Source of the DNA: Octopus sinensis
Taxonomy: Eukaryota
Length of the DNA stretch: 64,000 bases
Direction: 5' to 3'
NCBI RefSeq assembly: GCF_006345805.1
Contig: NC_042999.1
Location: 143,158,001-143,222,000 of the forward strand
The notes below the pieces were generated by a model. That model was not told the DNA's origin. It worked only from the letters and a program-made list of their open reading frames with translations, and ran no database searches. Shown one piece after another: positions 13,431-28,519 of the stretch (the stretch's first letter is position 1; each line of letters begins with the position of its first letter). The position numbers and the translations under genes are program-made.

Positions 13431-13988
13431 ATGGGCTGGCCACGGCTGGAACAATTTTGATCATAGATCTACTCTATTAAATAAGGAAAATAAATTTTAT
13501 GCAATAGAAAGAAAGAATTAAATCCCTTTTATTTTATGGTGCGAATACATAATTTAAAATTAAGTTTAGCAAATGTGAGATAGGAGATATAACTGAATTT
13601 TCAGACGGTCGAACGACTAAATATCTGCACTGGTACATAACCCGAATACTATTCTCTTCCATTCAGGTATATCTGATGACTGCTAAATTATCTTTCCACA
13701 CATGGACGGTTCTTTAACACGAAACTATTCGGTATCATAAATTGGCTGTTTGAGAGAGGGGGCAAATACAGATACACTCACAGACACACACACACACGCA
13801 CACACAAGCACACACACATACACACACATGCATGTATATATATATATATATACATATACATACGACAGCTCTTTTTCAGTTTTCGTCTCCAACAAATCCA
13901 CTCAAGGCTGAATTCGGGATCATGTGATTGGGAAGCACACAGCCACACCTGCGCCTTATATATATTTTAATATATACATATGTACACA

Positions 13989-14033
<45 letters not shown>

Positions 14034-14424
14034 GGTTTTGTGCGTGTTCTTTTGTGTATTTTTATTATGACTGTGACTGAGTGCTTTTCTTTAGGGCATG
14101 GCCAGAAAGAAACGAACCGCCTTTAGAAATTATGCATTGTAGCGTGTTTGAGTTTAATTCTCTACCGAATCTTTTTGCTTAATACTTCTTGCAATATCAG
14201 GTAAATGTAGCCCAGTACAAATATGTAATCGTTCTCCCAGTTGTAACTACTGTAACTATCGTATCACAAGAATATATTCCTATTTGCTAAGCTTATTATT
14301 ATCTTGTGTACTTATGTTTAATAAGTATATATTTAAAGTTAAATAAGTAAATATTTGCATATAGTAATACTATAAGTATATATTTTGCATATAGTAATAA
14401 TATTTATACACCATCCAAAGTCAG

Positions 14425-14640
14425 GGCCAGGTAGCTTGGGGTTCATTGGCCCACGCCTCGTCAAAAGCATGTCAAAAGAATTAAGGAACCTACACAACGA
14501 GGAATTAGATGTCATTAAAAAGGAACTAGACATTCTTCTATCCACGATACCATACGAACCAAGGGTCCGGCATGAGGTCCTCAGTGCCAAACTCCCTCAT
14601 ACCCAAAAATGGGCTAACAACCAAGAGAAAAACATATGCA
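14425..14640 (+). mobile_element. CR1-like LINE 3' fragment
   Basis: SLGFIGPRLVKSMSKELRNLHNEELDVIKKELDILLSTIPYEP resembles the SL..RGPRLFN.LP..LR.L......FK..LD..L..IPDEP CR1 terminus. Confidence 0.65.
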
Positions 14641-15529
14641 GAAACGGTGATATGAAATCCCACCATTCTGAAAGAAACAACAAAAAAGAATGTTATACAA
14701 AAGTACAAAATCATAGTGGTTTTATTTCCAGCAAGACAGGGCACCTCCACACTACCTAAGTAATTTAAGGGCCCACTTTAATAAGATTTTTCCAAACAGG
14801 TCTATTTGACGAAGAGACAGAATTTCCCACGTATTAAGTAGATATATATATATATATATACAATATATATCTTGGCATTATATCACAAGAATGTTATGCA
14901 AAAGTACAAAATCATAGTGGTGCTCCAGCATGACTGCAGGCGCATTGCTGAAACGAATAAAAGAGTAGTTTTTATAAGGTTCAATAATAAGGGATCAACC
15001 TCGAGCGTGTTGACCTATGATTAAGCTTCTCAACTGTGACTAGCACATGTTGTTAAGGCATAGTGTATCTAGAACTATATTAGTCAATTTTTTCTTAAAG
15101 ACACTTCGTCACAGTTTGAGGGAGATTTAGCTGCGACTCTTAGAGAAGTCAGGCGAGCACTTAGCAGCTCTGTTGTTGGCTTGACAAATGTCGATGCCTT
15201 GTTATTGTTTTGACCCATGATCAGAAGATTTTGAACTACAACTACCCTTCTTTATTTAAAAAATAGTGTAATTTGAGTAAGATTTGACCGTTATTTCTAG
15301 CAGGTAGACCAATCAAGTAGATAGTCAGTCATTGACTCGGGAGCATTATTTTTTCCTTTAGGAACACGCTCTCTCTATTTTTCAGTCATTATGAGAAATT
15401 ATCAATGTTATAAGCGGGAAGGGATAAAATGCATACATTTAAAAAATTTGTTTCTGATTTCATATATAATATCGACTATTAAAAACAAATTCTGGATGGA
15501 GTTATCTACCTTTGATACTAACTACGATG

Positions 15530-15800
15530 TCACTCTTTGCACAAAGTTTATTCACGAGCGACGCAATACTAAAAGAGTTATATTTGCCCAATAATGTTTG
15601 ATTTTCTTCTTGCTGGACAGTTCGTGGAGAACTAAATTACCCACCGACATGACATTCGACATCTTTTTAAGCACATCTACGCCAAGAGACAAACCTTAAC
15701 GATAAGCAGAGGCAGCACTATATAATTAGCAACAGTTTCACTGGAAGTACAATTCGGAATATAAATGCTACAACGATTGACGTTTTCTGCACGATTGATT
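15530..15800 (-). mobile_element. Highly decayed mariner fragment
   Basis: Minus reading gives a W(V/L).HEL.-like helix region, with stops and frameshifts. Confidence 0.3.
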
Positions 15801-16148
15801 TCACCAGGTTAACTTCGTCTAGATAAATACATGAACAAGACATATTTGTGTTTTGTTTTTAGGGCAGTCACTTGGATTATGAGAGTCACATCTCTTTTTA
15901 TAAGTATACGTCCCATATGCATTACGCACATATACACACACACATACACATACATACATTCACACATTCACAGAAACATACAAAACAATTTGCATAAATC
16001 TATCTATATGTCTGTCTGTCTATGTACCTCTGTATATGTATGTGTGTGTGCTTGTATATAGAGATGTCATCCATATTAACACATAAATCAATATTCATAT
16101 ATTTTGTGTATGTTTGTGTACATGTGTATGTGTGTGCATGCTTGTATG

Positions 16149-16527
<379 letters not shown>

Positions 16528-17328
16528 ATATACTTATGTGGATGTGTACGTGCGGGCTTGTGTTCTGAGGCGTGTCATATTGCAAGTGTATAGTAATAGC
16601 CCTTGCTTGCTAAGAATATAAGAATTTAGGTCAGTAGATATTCTTTCTTTTCTTCGTCTTTTCTTTAATATTTTTACATATTTATTTTTTTGAATAGACT
16701 CTCTTTTCTATTACCAGCTTGTTAAATATATTGTGACGATTTACTATTACGCTTTAACACAGTATAGAATAAACAAAAAAACTTGTACATTGCTTAATGG
16801 AGGCACCGTCGATAATCATTCAGTCTCACGAGCCAACGAGGGAGCAGCTACACGTCGCGTAATATGCTAGAAATACTACCGAGACGCCCTCAAAATTACA
16901 CAAAAAGTCAAAGACAAAAACAAACAAATACAAAAATAATGTGGTCGTGGGTGGACTGTATCCTGGAGAAGTAAGATAGCATAGTTATACGTTTTGTCAT
17001 TGGTCTACTCGACCACTGAAATCTTGGGCCAAGCATTTAAAAGATTTTATCCTTTAAAGAGCAGACTGTGTGATCTAGGGAGGTTTACTTGTGCTTTTTT
17101 TTTTCGGTGTGGAGTAGTATGACAGGTAGAATGGGAAATTAGGGAAAAAGATAAAAAAGAATATCTCATATGGTTATGAATTTCCCTTCGTAACCAGGTG
17201 GTTTCAAGTTCCATCCCGCTGCGCGGCACCCTGGGCAAGTACACATAAACTCTAAACCTCGTCTTGGCTTCTGTTTTGTAAATAGAATTTTTGTAGACTA
17301 ACACTACATTAGCCTGTTGTGTGAGCAC

Positions 17329-18345
<1,017 letters not shown>

Positions 18346-18716
18346 CATGTGAATGGATTTAGGACTGACTAGTTTGTATGGATATAGAATCGTATAATTC
18401 ATAACATATATATATATACACACATATATAGTAATAATAATAATCCTTGGATTGAATTTATGAACATTTAATGCATCACTACGCGTGTTTCCACAAATCA
18501 CATGTCTCTTAAGATCAGAGTCCGTATTCCTGGGATAATTGCAGTGTAGTTCGTAGTATCACTGGGCATCGGGTAGATCATCTTTATGGATTATTTCTTC
18601 AGACGATATAACATTAATAGATGTTTGCCAGAGAGATGTTTATCCCTTTTGACCAGTACATATTCAAAACGTTTCCCGTAAACAAATTTAAAAGATATAT
18701 ATGTATATGTGTGTGT

Positions 18717-18800
<84 letters not shown>

Positions 18801-19328
18801 GGGATGCATTCCAGAAGTTTTCAGACATTTTCAAGGGAGACATTTGATAATTTCAAATATCTACAAAATTCCAATCTCCCTCAAAGTAGGACCCGCTGAC
18901 TTCAACGCATCTGTTGTAGCGCTCAAGACACTTCGTAAAACAGTACAGAACGGAAATCCAAAGACACTGGGATGAGGTTCTCCAGCATGGCCCCAGTCTT
19001 TGGCTGGAACCAGTAAAAAATGATATACATACATATTAATACACACGCACACACATTTCCCCTTGAACCATATTTTATTATGTACTTTCATATATTTCTG
19101 ATTCTTTGATTTTCAAAATTTAGTCTTTTGTCCTTTGGCTTTATTGTGTTTATCTTCTGTTTCGTTCTCTGGATTTGCATTGATCTATGGTCATTGCTCC
19201 CTTTAAAAAAATCGTAAATGTACTGCTGAGTATATCTATCGCCTATGGATATATTGGATCAGCTTGCTTTCTATATAGAACTGATGCTTTGATCTACCAT
19301 ACTTCGTTCTCAAGAGACTGAGATCAAG

Positions 19329-19361
<33 letters not shown>

Positions 19362-19539
19362 TATACACTACACTACACTACACCATACGACACTACACTA
19401 CACCATACGACATTACACTACACTACACTACACTACACCATACGACACTACACCATACGACATTACACATCACATCATACATACATACACACGTCCAGAC
19501 CTTTCATACGCACATACATACTCTCTTATACACACACGC

Positions 19540-19835
19540 ACCCTTATGTTGGAGCGAGGTCACTTGACCCTGTTATCTCCCCTACTATCCCTCTAGCGTC
19601 TAGCGTCTGATCTCTGACTTCTGGCTGAAATCAGAACGCCATGTTGAATCGTTAGCTCCTGCACGCATTTTTTTCTCTCCTTGTTTCTTTTCTGTGTATC
19701 TTTCTGTCGAAGAGCGTAGGCTCGAAACGTAAAAGACTTGTCTTATTTCTATTCCTGAGCACCATACTAATGCAATTGTTTGTTTGTACTCCACCTGCCT
19801 TCGTCTTTTGTTTATTTTCGTAAACCTTCCCGTTA
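19540..19835 (+). mobile_element. Penelope-type terminal repeat fragment with hammerhead-like motif
   Basis: tctttctgtcgaagagcgtaggctcgaaacgtaaaaga at 19699-19736; related segment at about 51120-51350. Confidence 0.5.
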
Positions 19836-19849
19836 TATATATATGTATG

Positions 19850-19881
<32 letters not shown>

Positions 19882-21417
19882 TGTATGTATGTATGTATGT
19901 ATGTTGTGCATGTGTGCGCATGTTTATGATTACTGGCTCAAGTCTGGATACCGAGTGGCATCTCTTTATATAAAGAAAGCATAACTTAGCGATTCGATTA
20001 ACGATGATCAATGAAATAATTATCACCTTGAAATAGTTACTGCATCGGACCAAATTCCTTGAGAGCGGGGCTCGATCAGCTTTGCTGCCCACTGATTGAA
20101 AGCAGTAAAAGAAGAACTGATACCGAATATTTATGGAATGTTTTGTCGTTTTCCTATTGAGTGTTCGAAAATAGAAGTTATAAAGAGTAAAATGAAGTGA
20201 TATAAGTAAGAATAGAACCGGTGTCGTAGTAACAGAAGAGAAGTGGGGTCAACCGCCACCCTGCGATGCTCACATCTTTTTGTCAACTTTAATTCTTACA
20301 CCATTTGTCAATTCTGTTATGTTCGTTGGAAATGAGACCTGGCAAATTATAATAACCAATATGTAGTTTGGAAATCCAAATGCTTCTTTTCTTTCTTTCT
20401 TTCTTTCTTTTTTCTTTCTCTCGCTCCTATGTGAAATGTCACATCATGCGCTCAAATTTCAACATAGTGTCTGGCTTTAGACATCAAGTTGAACCTGATG
20501 CCTTTTCCCTTTTTACAGCGGTTCGAAATGAAGTTATTTTAGTAGTAGTAGTAGTAGTATAGTAGTAGTAGTAGTAGTAGTAGTTGTTGTTGTGGTAGTG
20601 ATGGTGGAGGTTTCAGTGGTGATGATGATACTAGTGGGGATGGGAAGGTGTGATGCCCTGTTCTCAGTGAACCATGCCAGGGAGATGATTTTTAGTCTTA
20701 TTTATTTTGGTAAGCCTACTTTCCCCTTACTTAACAATCAGGAGTATTGTGTCAGTGTTAGAAAGATGTACATGCACCACAGGATATAGAGGTAAGCTTA
20801 AAAGTCAGAGGCATGTCGAGATTTTGACCTACTTACAATATTTTGTGGTCGCCTTCATTTCACTATGTAACTAATACTCTTCAAAAAAGCATAAGCATTG
20901 CGTAACGACCATGTCGCCTTCCACTTTATACTGTCACTTGTCACTACATAAGGAAACATTATTATATCAGATAAATTCCATCGGAATCAACTTTCACTTA
21001 TATTTCTGCGGTGTCAATAAAATAAGTACCAGACGATCCAGGTTGCTCGTCTAACTTGAAAAGACAAATTTCCCTCAAATGATACCTTGTCTTAGAAAAA
21101 GATAATTTATTCCCTGCAAAAGATGGTTATGTCCGCGATGTCATTGTTTATAGGTTTACTTGAAAACTGACGATATGACCAGGGCTAAATAACAGCAAGA
21201 ACAGCAGCAAAAATAAGAATTAACCTTGTGGTGGAAGTTGAAAACGACTGAACAATTTCTGGGCTTTTACTGAGGTGAGAAATCAAGGTTATAACAGTCG
21301 AATGTGCTGGAATAAAGGTAAACTCGCAACGATTTGAAAGTGTGAACTAATTTACATTCTCCCAAATGAAATTACTTCCTTTCATTTACAACAAGGCATC
21401 AACGGTATAAATGATCA

Positions 21418-21900
21418 TCTCTCTATATAAAATTATTTGTTTGTCTGCCTGTCTGTCTATTCCTAATGCATTCTCAAACGGCTCAACCAAATCAAATTAA
21501 ATTTTACATGGTAATAATATCAGATCCTATGAGTGTCAATATGTATTTTTTTTTCATTTTGATTTAAACAATACAACATTGGCACTGATTCAGTATTACA
21601 TATCAAAAGTGAAAAATAACATCTGTATTGTAATGTGATATAACATTGCTTCACTTTTAGTTCTAACGCGATAAGACTGTAATATTATTTCACTTTTATT
21701 CTTTCACTTTTAATTCTAATTATATCCTAATGTGAACAACATTACGCATCGGCAGCGGAATGGTGTGTCAATGTATGTGTGTTGACTGACATAACGAACG
21801 GTTGCAGGCGAAACTCTTGACAAAAAACAGTGTGGTGGCAGGTCCAAGGTATATAAAAATAAACATTTACCGTTCAATCATCAGTTAATAATTATCACAG
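21418..21900 (+). mobile_element. Non-autonomous Helitron/HINE-like element
   Basis: 5' TCTCTCTATATAAAA followed by (tgtc)n and aaacggctcaaccaaatc...aaattttacat, a typical HINE architecture. Confidence 0.45.
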
Positions 21901-23238
21901 CAGTTGCAAATTTACCGTTAAATTAGCAGTTGATACATGTGCTTCTATTTGGTTAATTTGCTTATATTTGGTCAATTTATACTGCATACAAAAATAAAGA
22001 ATACTACATACATACGACTACTTACAATAGAGATTACTGTATTATTTCCTCTATGTTCATAGAATTTCCTTGTCGTTCTGTCTAAGCTGTTTAGTTCGTC
22101 TACTGTCCATGCGATTACCCCTGCTCCATATCTAAGGAGTGAAACCGCCCGGGTGTTGATAGCTTCGAGCTTAGTCCGTTTAATTTCGTCTTAAGGATCA
22201 GTCTCAGTCTGCGCAAGTACTCCACCTTAAATTTTTCTGTCATTTCTTTCTCCATCAAATTATCCATTTCCAATATCACCAAATACTTATAGCCCGTCTC
22301 TTCTATCTGTTTCATAACCTCTCCCGACGGAATCGCTAGCCCATCCATACATTTGATTTTGCCTCTCTTCAAGACTAAGACACCACACTTTCTCAGTCCG
22401 AAATCCATTCTGATATCAGCACTGAAAGTATACACCGTATCAACGAGGGAAATGTATCATTACCATAAAGTTTGAGGTCAACCATGAATAACAAATGGTT
22501 GACGTTTTGTTGGCGGCTTTTGAATACATACCCAGCTATTGCTTTCCTCAGAATCACTGACAGTGGTATCAAGCACAGTACCTCTTGGAAGATGCCCCTC
22601 CTAATTTCTAATGTTCCTAAACTTTTTCCGTATGCTGTCAGGTCCGTCCTCCAATTTGCCATACTTTTTCCAAGTAATCGCTCAACATTCGATGCAATAC
22701 CAAATAGGTTCATACACTCCATAATACAAGAATATGGGATCATATCGTACGCCTTACGATAATCGATCCATGACATGGCTAAGTTACTTTTCCTCCTCTT
22801 GCAGTCTCCGAGTACAGTTTTATCTGCCAGGAGTTAATCCTTGCTACCTCTGCACTTACGTTTGCAACCCTTCTGCTTATGTGGCAGGATTCCATTTTTT
22901 TCCAGATGTTCGTACATCGACTCTGCGAGTATTCCAGTCAATAACTTCCACATAAGTGGCAAACAGGATATCGGTCTGTAATTGTCTACCGTATTGCCTT
23001 TTTCAATGTTTTTCAGGTACAGAACTGTCCTACTCAATGTCAACCACTCTGGTATTACTTGGTCGGCATTTAACAAGGTGTTGAGCTGCGCAGATTTTCG
23101 TGCATGGCATTCACCAAATCTTTTGATATAGTAGCTTTAAGCTCTATCTGGTCCCGGGGCCTTCCAGTTGCTCATTTTTTTTGCTGATTACCTTCACTTC
23201 TCTAACTAAAATGAATAGTTCTGCCTGTTTTGGACATA

Positions 23239-24530
23239 CGAGGGGCGTTCAATAAGTAATGCCCCTGACCCAATTGCAGTTGTTTGATCTAGCTGAAATT
23301 TTGCATGTGCAATTATTTATATCTCTATAGATTAAGTGGGAAATTACAGCTCTGAACTAATTGTGGTTTCTGATTTACAGGTGTTTGAACTGAGTCAGGT
23401 GTGAAATGGAGCCTGTTGAGTGTCGAGCAGTGATCCGGTTTTTGTATTTGAAAGGACGCACACCACGGGAAACTTTTGATGAAATGAAAGTAACTTATGG
23501 TGATGATGCCCCATCCTATGACCTTGTAAAACGCTGGCATCGTGAATTCAAATTTGGTCGGAACTCTGTGGAAACAGCTCCCAGATCTAGTCGCCCCCCT
23601 TCTGCCATTGATGAGGCATCTGTCCGTCAAGTTGAGGCTGCCATTTTGGAAGATCGACGCATAACTATTCGCCAAATAGTCCATGAAGTCAAGATTAGTA
23701 CCGGGTCTGTGGAAACTATCATTCATGACCATTTACATATGCAAAAGGTGTCTGCCAGATGGATTCCCAGGTTGCTCATACCTTTCCAGAAGCAAGAATG
23801 CGTCGAATGCTCGAGGATAAATTTGGAGATGTGCCAAGAAGATGAGTCAAAATTTTTCAAAAGACTGATTACACAGGATGAAACCTGGGTCCATCACTAT
23901 GATCCAGAGACCAAAGCCCAGTCAATGCAGTGGAAGCGCCGTGACTCACCTCCTCCAAAGAAGGCAAGGGTGCAGCCCTCCGCTGGCAAGGTCACGCTCA
24001 CAGTCTTCTGGGACCAGGACGGAGTAGTGATGACAGATTTTCTGGCAAAGGGTACCACAATTACAGGAGCCTATTATGCTTCACTTTTGAGGAAATTAAG
24101 AGAAGCTATCAAAATCAAGAGGCGGGGCAAGATCAGCAAAGGCATCCTCCTCCTGCAGGACAACGCTCCGGTCCACAACTCGTGTGTCGCCAGATCAAAA
24201 GCACAGGCGTGCGGCTATGAACTTCTCCCCCATCCCCCTACTCTCCTGACCTTGCACCCTCTGATTTTCACCTCTTCCCACCCATGAAGTTGTTTTTGAA
24301 AGGAAAGCGTTTACCAGATGATGCAGCCTTGATTTCTAAAGTCACGTCGTGGTTGGAGGACCAAGCTGGGGTCTTCTACAAAAACGGTATCCAGAGCTGC
24401 ATCAAACGATGGGAGAAATGCGTAACTCTGGGTGGTTCCTATGTAGAAAAAGACTAATACCTGTGCCGAGTTTTGTTGCTCTACTACTATGGGAAGTGGG
24501 TCAGGAGCATTACTTATTGAACGCCCCTCG
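23239..24530 (+). mobile_element. Mariner (D,D34D) DNA transposon, full length 1292 bp
   Basis: TA at 23237-38 and 24531-32. TIRs of about 33 bp: CGAGGGGCGTTCAATAAGTAATGC(C/T)CCTGACCCA. Confidence 0.97.
23406..24457 (+). pseudogene. Mariner transposase with a single -1 frameshift near 24235
   Basis: WIPRLL, TQDETWVHHYDPE and LQDNAPVH are in frame. One extra C in the C-run restores HPPYSPDLAPSDFHLF...RWEKCVTLGGSYVEKD* ending at 24457. Confidence 0.92.
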
Positions 24531-24659
24531 TACTACTGTTTGTTTCAGCTCTTCAACCATTCAGCATTCTTCTTGTGTTCCTTGTCTTTGCCGCAGATGT
24601 CACTCCAAAACCTTTGACTTTCAATGTTATCTGGTATCAACATGTTATTGGTCGAAAGT

Positions 24660-26250
24660 TCTTTGGATTTTTCGTATCTTCAGTTTTTGATTGAAGGTAT
24701 GTTGTCCCTTCGGTCATCCAGGCTGGTATTGGCTCTGGGTTCTGGATGACATCAGTTAGGGATGCAGCAAAATGTTGGTGTATTTTTGTCAAACAATTCT
24801 GCCAGAAGTTAGGGATCCGGTCCAGTCCCGGGGTTTTCCATTTGTGAGACTTTCTAAGAACACGTCTTTGTGAGACTTTCTAAGAACACGTCTTAGGTGG
24901 CTCCTTTACTTCTATCTTGCTTTTGCCAATTTCCCTATAAAATTTCTATGCATCAGGAATGGAATGAGCCGTCGGTCAATCGGGCTCTACCCGAAGGCCC
25001 AGAGCTCTCAGGGGCCTGCATTCTACTTGTTAACTCTACTCTGATATCAATTCTAAGAGGCCCGGTAAACAGTTATGCTCGAGAGCCCTTAACACTCTCA
25101 ATTCACCCCTGCTTTGCATCCGTTTTGAATACCTTGTTTTGTTGATAAGATTTGATTCTTTTGTCATACATTCTGAGCCATTAGGTTTTCAGTTGTGTTC
25201 GTTGTTTCACTATTTCCTTGGTTGATACATCCGCCTGCAGAGATTCGATATTTTTTTGTATTGCTACTTTCCACTTAGGAGGTCTATTGACATGGTTGGT
25301 TCTTTTCCGTGTCCTGATATCTAGTTGCGCAGTTACAATTTTAGCAGCAGAATAGATGAGGTTATTTCAGGTTCTTAGGTAATTTCCTTTATTTCTTAAG
25401 ATCTGTCTAAGAGCAACATTATATATCATGATTGTGTTGTTATTTTCATGCTGTTTGAGATCTTTGGTAGCGGTTCTCTATTGATAATGCTAGTAAATTC
25501 AATCTTGCTGAGTTCTCTCATATCTTCTTTTGCTTCTATGATCTCTTTATTATTCACCTCAAATTCTGTGTCATATCTATTCTGATGTTCTTGAGGCAGA
25601 TCTACTTTCTCCTCTTTTTCCGCATATCTGTTTATCGCTATTCTTTCTTCAGCTCCCTCGTTGGGATGTACTACTCGTACACTGGGTTCTGTGCATCTGT
25701 TATCCATTTCGTCTGCATTGTTGCTGTTTTCATTTGGTCTGCCATGACATATTTGTGTCCTAATTTGGCTAATTTCAGTGCCAGTTATCCTTTTATTCTC
25801 AATGATGTCTCTACGTACATTACTTAATTTAGTTGCGTCTATATATCTGCGTACTTCGTTACCATGAAGTGTATTTGTACAATGAGGTTATTGTTTGGGC
25901 TTAGTTGGGCTGTATAGAAAGCTTTCAAAATATCTCTGTAATCCTCTCTAGTCCATTTTATGCGTTTTGCTTTAGGTGGTATTTTTGGTGATGTCACTAC
26001 AGGTTTAGGGTTAGGGTTGTCTTGGTTCTGGTTACCCGGTAGTTCGTTATTTTGAGTTTGTTCCAGAAGCAGATTTTTCGACCCCACTCTGGTTCCCCAC
26101 TGGGTAACGCGGTCCTTGTCCCGGGCGATGACCGATCCGGCACGAGTTTTGGTTTGTCATTAAAGTATTGACGGTGACAATAGGAAACGGGTCTGTTTGT
26201 TCAGGGTTGACTTTTCGACACGACACCGCTTCCTCGTTTTTGAATGGATA
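24660..26250 (-). mobile_element. Second R4/Dong-like element, 5' portion (N-terminal domain to pre-RT)
   Basis: KRIKWTREDYRDILKAFY N-terminal motif and a second KWKTPGLDRIPNFW, showing it is a copy distinct from 22075-24655. Confidence 0.75.
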
Positions 26251-26879
26251 TATTTGTCATATCGTAGGCTGATAGAAGGAAAAATCACCGCTATTTTTTT
26301 TGGTAGCTATGTTTCGGGGCATAACTATTTAGTGATGTTTTAAACTGAGTGACTAATTTCCTCCTTTTTATATTCGTTTGTGGGAAGTTGCTTTGCTTTT
26401 GTTTGGTTCGGGGGTGCTCGTGATAGTGTTTTTCCCTTATTTTCTGTGTGTATACATGTGTGTGCTATAGACATTATTTATGCTGCTTGTAGATATTAGC
26501 AAGTGCGCATGGGTGTATGGCAATTGCATGTATAAGTAATTATTTAATCTACGTACTTACTAATCGGTGTGTTTGGTGTATTTTCTCCAGGGTTCCTGGT
26601 GCTGGTTTCAACGTCTTGCGTATATCACATAGAAATATTGCGCATTTCAGAAAGAAACTACACTGTAACAAAAATCTTTCCGATTTTTTAGTTCCTTCGC
26701 TTTAACAACTTTCCCCACAGTTGTATCGCGAAGTTTTCCTTCAATTGCAGCGATGTTATTGGATTAAATTTGTTTTGTAGAGAGAGCTTCTTAAAGTACG
26801 TCCATGCTGTAATTTAGCCAGGAGCTATTACTATTATTATTATTATTATTATTATATTATTATTATTATTATTATTGAT

Positions 26880-27880
26880 GAAAACTCTCAGCTTATTTTG
26901 TTGGGTATGAGAGAAAGTATCAGCTGTCTATAGCCAGCAGATTAAGGCGACACTTGGTTACTGGTCATACTTCAAGAATCCCCTGAAAAATTCTTCCAGT
27001 TCCAAAGCAATGCTGATTTTTGTAGGTGTTCTATTTTTACATTTGTACCAATCTTTTTGAGCCATGTTAGTAGTTGAGTACTGATACTTCCAAAGCTGAG
27101 TTCTGATACTTCCAAGTATCACGTCTGCTCTCTATCGGTATCACGTCTACTCTCCTCATAGACCACAACCTTCGTATTTCCCACTTCAAATCATCGCAGT
27201 TATTTTGATTTTCTCCTTCTTTCTCTTTGATCCTGTTGTCACTGTTGTATGCTATGTCGATTATCAAGCAAGTTCTTTCTTTTTTATTCACAACAATAAA
27301 GTCCGGTTTCCGATGTCTGGTCATCGCACTGGATCAATGCATCCCACAGGATTTTGCTATCTCCATTCTCGGTGACTCCTTTTGTTTATAACATGTCTTT
27401 GCTTTTTGTAGGCTGTGATTTCCACAGAGCTCCCAATGGATCATACCTTCCACATTATCATGGCGTCTTTTGCAATCGCGCTGTGTCCGTTTTGAACATT
27501 CGCTAACGATGTGCCATATCATTTCACCCCTCTCACCACACATTCTGTGTTTTTTTCATTCTGCACTTCATATAGTTGGTCCTTAACTCTTGTTCTTGAG
27601 CTGCGTATATGAGTGATTCTGTTTCTATCTTCAGATCACTCCTCCTCATCCATAACCACCGGTCTTCTGTATCTGTCTTGGCGTTCGTATCTCTTGCAAA
27701 CTGACCGTACATTTTTTCCATGCTTTTTCCTTTTTTTGTGTTCTTTTCCTGTTAAGTTTTTCTTTCTTAAAACAATTATCAATTTTAATAAATTAGGCTT
27801 TCTCCATACGTTTCAACAATGGTTCCACGGTATTTTTTTTACATACCAGCCTATGCTGTTTTCCTCTGTTTCGATACAAT
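26880..27880 (-). mobile_element. R4/Dong-like 3' fragment (CCHC plus RLE endonuclease)
   Basis: CRM..., HIVSECSK..QRDCKRRHDNV..IHWELC, RHRKPDFIVVNKKERTCLIIDIA, DDLKWEIRRLW. The 3' end abuts (TAA)n at 26830-26876. Confidence 0.85.
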
Positions 27881-27939
27881 CCCCTGGCAACTGATCAAAC
27901 CTCTCCCACCCTTCCTTTATATTATTATTATTATTATTC

Positions 27940-28463
27940 AGTAGTTTTATTTTTATTTTTATAGCGTGCTTTCACTTCACTACCGAGCGCAGCTCTGTGT
28001 GCCTTGGGTATGTGCTGTGATTTGTTGTGATGCTCTGATGGTTATTGTATGGAAAGTGTTCTGCGTAGGATGTGTGCAGTACCTAGTAGTGCAATTTTCT
28101 GTATGTTATATGTGTTTGTAAGTCCTGGTGTTTTTGTTATGTATTTGTCTGAATATTTTTTTATCATGCCTAATGCACCTACTATGATAGGAATTGTTTG
28201 TTTTCAGATTCCACATTCTAGTTACCTCTATTTCCAGGTCTTTGTATTTGAGAGTTTCTCCATTTCTTTAGAGACACGTTGTCATCAGCCGGTATTGATA
28301 CATCAATTAGAAAGCATTTTTTCTTCATGGTCTCTGACAACTATATCTGGTCTGTTGGCCTTAATTTCTCTATCTGTGTGTATCGGCATATCCCAGAGTA
28401 TGGTTGCTTTCTCGTTTTCTGTGACCTTTTCTGGTGTGTGCCTATACCATCTTTTTTCTGTTG

Positions 28464-28465
<2 letters not shown>
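27940..28465 (-). mobile_element. R4/Dong-like 3' fragment (RLE C-terminus)
   Basis: Minus reading gives RPDIVVRD and IQKIALLGTAHILRRTLSI*; flanked by (TTA)n on both sides. Confidence 0.8.
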
Positions 28466-28507
<42 letters not shown>

Positions 28508-28519
28508 GTTGCTATATCT

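Larger units (their letters stand above)
22075..24655 (-). mobile_element. R4/Dong-like (RLE) non-LTR retrotransposon, RT region, decayed and interrupted by mariner
   Basis: NWKAPGPD; NYRPISCLPLMWKLLTGI; WIDYRKAYDMIPYS; GIFQ; HLLFMVDLKLYG; MDFGLRKCGVLVLKRGK; YKYLVILE. Confidence 0.85.

Noticed and set aside
24842-24896. 27-bp direct repeat; similar short duplications near 34550-34640, 47430-47580 and 50170-50290
   Set aside because: Two to three copies without unique spacers; local slippage duplications, not CRISPR.
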